Position numbers and translations under genes: made by a program. Below the pieces are notes generated by a model. It made no database searches and had not been told where the DNA came from. It was given only the letters and a program-made list of their open reading frames with translations. A DNA stretch of 12,053 nt, taken from UHGV virus genome UHGV-1561195; one strand, written 5' to 3'. Below, piece by piece: positions 9,158 to 12,053 of this stretch. This DNA comes from a virus. The number at the start of each line of letters is the position of its first letter. Position 1 is the stretch's first letter.

Positions 9158-9510
9158 TGGTAATCCCCTTCTTCACCGTGGAACTCAAGATCAACCGTGC
9201 CTTCTTCGGCATTATGGTTCGCTTCACCGTGCAGCCAGGCGGACGACAATACATAGACCTGACCGTTCGCCAGCTCGGCAGTGATGGTCATCTCATCAGA
9301 CGAGGTGATTTTGCTCACCGGAAAATTCTTCGGCACCTTGAAGGTCCCTTTGACATAAGGTGCACGGTGAGTTTCCTTGCGGTCCACTGAACCGTCCAGG
9401 CCGATGATGTCATCATTGACCGTCCTGTTCATGGGCACCTCAATGCCGCCGGTCAGCGATAGCTGCTGACCGTCAATTTTGAAATAACAGGTTCCCCCGA
9501 TACGGGCCAT
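9154..9510 (-). CDS. Tail tube protein (Mu gpM / P2 FII-like)
   Basis: 118 aa. Immediately follows the sheath-like ORF and precedes the chaperone. ATG at 9510 overlaps the upstream stop by 1 nt. Confidence 0.8.
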   Translation of the reverse strand: MARIGGTCYFKIDGQQLSLTGGIEVPMNRTVNDDIIGLDGSVDRKETHRAPYVKGTFKVPKNFPVSKITSSDEMTITAELANGQVYVLSSAWLHGEANHNAEEGTVDLEFHGEEGDYQ

Positions 9511-10793
9511 TATGCAGACTCCTCTGAATACTGAAGACGGAACTGGTTAACCACGGCAAAGACACGCAACTGGTTAACATAGTCAGGCGGGAACAGCGTG
9601 TTCAGGCGGTTCGGATCGCTGGCATCACGCTCCACAACCAGGTACTGCTTAAACAGTTCGTAGTTTTCCACGATCCCCGCACGCTCAAGCTGACGGTAGG
9701 TTGCCAGCAGTTCCCCTTTGATCACCGCCGGGGTGACAATCGCCTGACCGGGACCAAAGCGGGTACCGTCACTGGCAAGCTTGTGACGCCCGTACTTACT
9801 GGTAATGACGGATTTCAGTTTGCGCAGTACATACGCGCTGGTATGCAGCGTCTCACTGTCGAGGTAGCTGTTATCCGCAACCCCGTAAGCGTTTTTCCTG
9901 TACGTGGTGACATCACGCTGAATGCGCAGTACCCCACTTTCGACATACGCCGTTGCCACGCCATGAGACAGCAGGGTCTGTTGCTCGGTCATCGTGAACC
10001 GTTTCCCCTTCGGTGCAGGCAGCATACCCACCAGCTCACCGGTCTGCGTGGGACGTGCCGGATCGTTGCGAATAAACACCGCTGCGCGGGCGGTACGGCT
10101 TGCCGCCAGCTCGTCGGCTGGCGTCTGAGTGTCTTTTTCGTATCCCGCCAGGGTAATGTGCTGCTGGTTAAACTGGTCACCTGCGGTCACCAGTTCTGAC
10201 AGCGTGCCGATCTTTGCCGTATACACATGACCATACAGCTGACGCGCATAGCTCCAGCGACCGCTGGTATCGTTCATCTCGGTCAGCATGGGTGTGCGTT
10301 TACACATCAGTCGCGCCGGGCGAAAGACTTCCCACGCCTGTTTCTCTGTCGTGGCACCGGAATACACTTCCGCGCCAAACTCGTTATCACAGGCAAAACA
10401 ATACAGGGCAACACCGGCAGAGATTGCCGATTTGCCGTTCTTACGGGGGATTTCGGTATACACCTCCCGGAAGCGGCGCAGCCGGGAGCCTTTATTGACC
10501 CAGCCAAACGCGCAGCAGATCACAAAGAGCTGCCACGGCTCCAGCGTGATGGGCATCCTCTTGAATGCCCACTCACCCTTGGTGTGCGGCAACAGCTGAA
10601 TAAATTTGGCGGCCCGTTCAGCCAGGTCCTTGTCGAAGCGGTAACGAAACGACTTACTTTTTTCCGCCATCAGATCATCAAGATGGCGCTGGCAGGCCTG
10701 AATCACAAACTGGCAGGCCACAATCTTTCCGCGAACGACATCCCGGGCATACTGATTGGCAGCATTTACGTTGGGGTAAGATTTCCGGCTCAT
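9510..10793 (-). CDS. Chimeric ORF: N-terminal about 165 aa of large terminase (Terminase_1 ATPase fragment with Walker A PRKNGKS) fused in frame to about 260 aa of tail sheath C-terminus; probable deletion-scar pseudogene
   Basis: N-terminus [24 protein letters not shown]...FGW...[18 protein letters not shown]...[24 protein letters not shown] matches lambdoid TerL N-termini as recalled. The C-terminal part ([15 protein letters not shown]...[26 protein letters not shown]) is sheath-like and sits directly upstream of the tube gene. TerL-like sequence stops near aa 165 (about nt 10290). Confidence 0.6.
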   Translation of the reverse strand: MSRKSYPNVNAANQYARDVVRGKIVACQFVIQACQRHLDDLMAEKSKSFRYRFDKDLAERAAKFIQLLPHTKGEWAFKRMPITLEPWQLFVICCAFGWVNKGSRLRRFREVYTEIPRKNGKSAISAGVALYCFACDNEFGAEVYSGATTEKQAWEVFRPARLMCKRTPMLTEMNDTSGRWSYARQLYGHVYTAKIGTLSELVTAGDQFNQQHITLAGYEKDTQTPADELAASRTARAAVFIRNDPARPTQTGELVGMLPAPKGKRFTMTEQQTLLSHGVATAYVESGVLRIQRDVTTYRKNAYGVADNSYLDSETLHTSAYVLRKLKSVITSKYGRHKLASDGTRFGPGQAIVTPAVIKGELLATYRQLERAGIVENYELFKQYLVVERDASDPNRLNTLFPPDYVNQLRVFAVVNQFRLQYSEESA

Positions 10794-11284
10794 GATTCGA
10801 TAATTTTCAGAAACGGGTTAGTGGCTTTCTTCTGCCCCGCCAGGCCAATCAGACGCTGGCGGCTGCTGGGGTCGAGTCCGAGCATTGCCCCCGTACTGCT
10901 CATCTCGGACTCCTGTTCTTTTTTGGCGGTCAGCTCAGGATTTTTGACCATACCGCCCATTGCACCGGTGATGGTGTTGCCCTGTCTGGCAATATTTTTC
11001 ACGGCACGTCGCCAGAACTCATAGGCCACACACCACCGCTCAAGCACCGCGAGGTCAGTCACGCACAGCAGGCCCTGACCGCAGAGTTCTTTGGTTGTCA
11101 GTTGCCACATGATCGTGGCGAGAGGGAGATCTTCTTCAGCGAACCACTCCGGTGGCTCAACACCTTTGATGGGCGTAAAAACAGGTTCATCTTTATTCAG
11201 GGCTCGCTTGCCGGGGTTTCCGGCCAGCGCCTTGCGCGCCGTTGGCTTGGGGCGACGCCCGGAACGCCCCGCCGTTCCAGCCAT
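10790..11284 (-). CDS. Terminase small subunit, P27 family
   Basis: From the ATG at 11284 the protein begins [36 protein letters not shown], matching the P27-family TerS N-terminus as recalled. AGGAG lies 8 nt upstream. The ORF track's longer start at 11293 is a GTG and adds only three codons. Confidence 0.8.
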   Translation of the reverse strand: MAGTAGRSGRRPKPTARKALAGNPGKRALNKDEPVFTPIKGVEPPEWFAEEDLPLATIMWQLTTKELCGQGLLCVTDLAVLERWCVAYEFWRRAVKNIARQGNTITGAMGGMVKNPELTAKKEQESEMSSTGAMLGLDPSSRQRLIGLAGQKKATNPFLKIIES

Positions 11285-11293
11285 ATGCGGCAC

Positions 11294-11409
11294 TCCTGGT
11301 TAAATTTCATTTTTCGCGGGTATAAAAAAACGATGGGGCGGGCAGTCCGGAAGACGTCAGGTCACAGGGATTTGACCCGCCCCTCCCCTCAGGAAGTTGA
11401 GAATCATTA
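11294..11409. promoter_or_regulatory. HNH-TerS intergenic region with GC-rich inverted repeat; candidate cos / terminase recognition region
   Basis: GGGGCGGG at 11335-11342 and CCCGCCCC at 11376-11383 form a perfect 8-bp inverted repeat with a 33-nt spacer. The spacer contains a GACGTC palindrome and a GGTCA/TGACC repeat. HK97-like phages place cos between the HNH and terminase genes. Confidence 0.3.
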
Positions 11410-11760
11410 TCACTTCAACCGTTCACGGGCCGTCTTCGCCTTATGACACGGCCAGCACAGACTCTGCAGATTACTGTCGGCATCAGTGCCGCCATGTGCT
11501 TTAGGGATGATGTGGTCAACGGTTTTCGCCTCGCGCACCACACCGGCACGCAAACACAAGTGACACAGGCCTTTGTCACGCTTGAGCACACGTTCACGGA
11601 TAACATCCCATTTCGCACCATAACCGCGCTGGTGTCGGGACTGGCCTGGCTTGTATTGCTTCCAGCCTTCGCTTTTGTGGCTTTCGCAATAGCCTGACGG
11701 GTCTGTGGTGGTATTACGGCAACCTCGAGCACGGCAGGCTTTCGGGATACGAAGAGGCAC
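11410..11760 (-). CDS. HNH endonuclease (phage terminase-associated HNH)
   Basis: HNH motif CHLCLRAGVVREAKTVDHIIPKAHGGTDADSNLQSLCWPCH. Cys-rich N-terminal region KACRARGC...GYCESH. Likely starts at GTG 11758-11760 (AAGGT 6 nt upstream), which coincides with the composition boundary. The ORF track's ATG at 11817 would add 19 codons of AT-rich sequence with no ribosome-binding site. Confidence 0.75.
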   Translation of the reverse strand: MPLRIPKACRARGCRNTTTDPSGYCESHKSEGWKQYKPGQSRHQRGYGAKWDVIRERVLKRDKGLCHLCLRAGVVREAKTVDHIIPKAHGGTDADSNLQSLCWPCHKAKTARERLK

Positions 11761-11836
11761 TTTATTACCTTGATTATTTATAGGGTTAAAATAAGTATAT
11801 TCACAAAAAACATTCATTGATTATGAGAATCAAAAA

Positions 11837-12053
11837 TCAGGAAATAATACCCTCCGATTTTCCTTTGCTTATGTAAACTAATTTATCATTACCTAATGAT
11901 AACACTTGTTGAAATTGTGGCTTTATTTTTATGCATCCTCCCAAAAAATAAGCAAAACTACTTACCCCTCCAATAACATTATAAGGATAATCTACTGACA
12001 TAGATAAAACAGTTCCCGCCAGACTAAATATTTGTGAAAAATCGAACTCAAAG
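11837..12053 (-). CDS. 3' end of an unidentified AT-rich ORF entering from the right edge (hypothetical protein, partial)
   Basis: Minus-strand frame is open from the window edge to TGA at 11837-11839 and encodes ...FEFDFSQIFSLAGTVLSMSVDYPYNVIGGVSSFAYFLGGCIKIKPQFQQVLSLGNDKLVYISKGKSEGIIS. Codon usage is strongly AT-biased, unlike the phage operon. No motif recognised. Confidence 0.3.
   Translation of the reverse strand, partial: FEFDFSQIFSLAGTVLSMSVDYPYNVIGGVSSFAYFLGGCIKIKPQFQQVLSLGNDKLVYISKGKSEGIIS

Noticed and set aside
10227-11024. 265-aa plus-strand ORF spanning the small-terminase/chimera junction
   Set aside because: It is antisense to two minus-strand genes with clear family motifs and translational coupling. 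Long antisense ORFs are common in GC-rich coding DNA, and no motif was recognised.
11820-11873. 17-aa plus-strand mini-ORF (MRIKNQEIIPSDFPLLM) in the AT-rich region
   Set aside because: Too short, no ribosome-binding site, and it lies antisense to the more plausible minus-strand partial ORF.
1-12053. Looked for CRISPR repeats, tRNA/tmRNA genes, integrase, attachment-site direct repeats and defence-system signature genes
   Set aside because: No regularly spaced direct repeats, no tRNA-like structures and no recombinase or defence-associated domains were recognisable. The window is structural phage genes plus the AT-rich right edge.

Overview
This window is almost entirely the minus-strand late/tail operon of a defective Mu-like/e14-like prophage from an enterobacterial-type genome. 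Reading right to left: an HNH endonuclease, a P27-family small terminase, a chimeric ORF whose N-terminus looks like large terminase and whose C-terminus looks like tail sheath, then tail tube, tail chaperone, tape measure, DNA circulation protein, baseplate hub, gp45-, gp46-, J- and DUF2313-like baseplate proteins, a short tail fiber and its assembly chaperone. No portal, protease or capsid genes are present. Four things stand out: (1) the terminase/sheath chimera, which marks a deletion that removed the head module; (2) a Hin/Gin/Pin-type crossover site inside the tail-fiber gene, with an oppositely oriented second chaperone gene, indicating an invertible host-range switch that runs off the left edge; (3) a T-TTT-TTT slippery site in the tail chaperone with a 52-codon open -1 frame ending at the tape-measure start; (4) an abrupt switch to AT-rich DNA at about 11761, carrying the end of an unrecognised minus-strand ORF. 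No tRNA, rRNA, CRISPR array, integrase or att site was seen. All product calls rest on motif recognition from memory and on gene order; no database search was possible.
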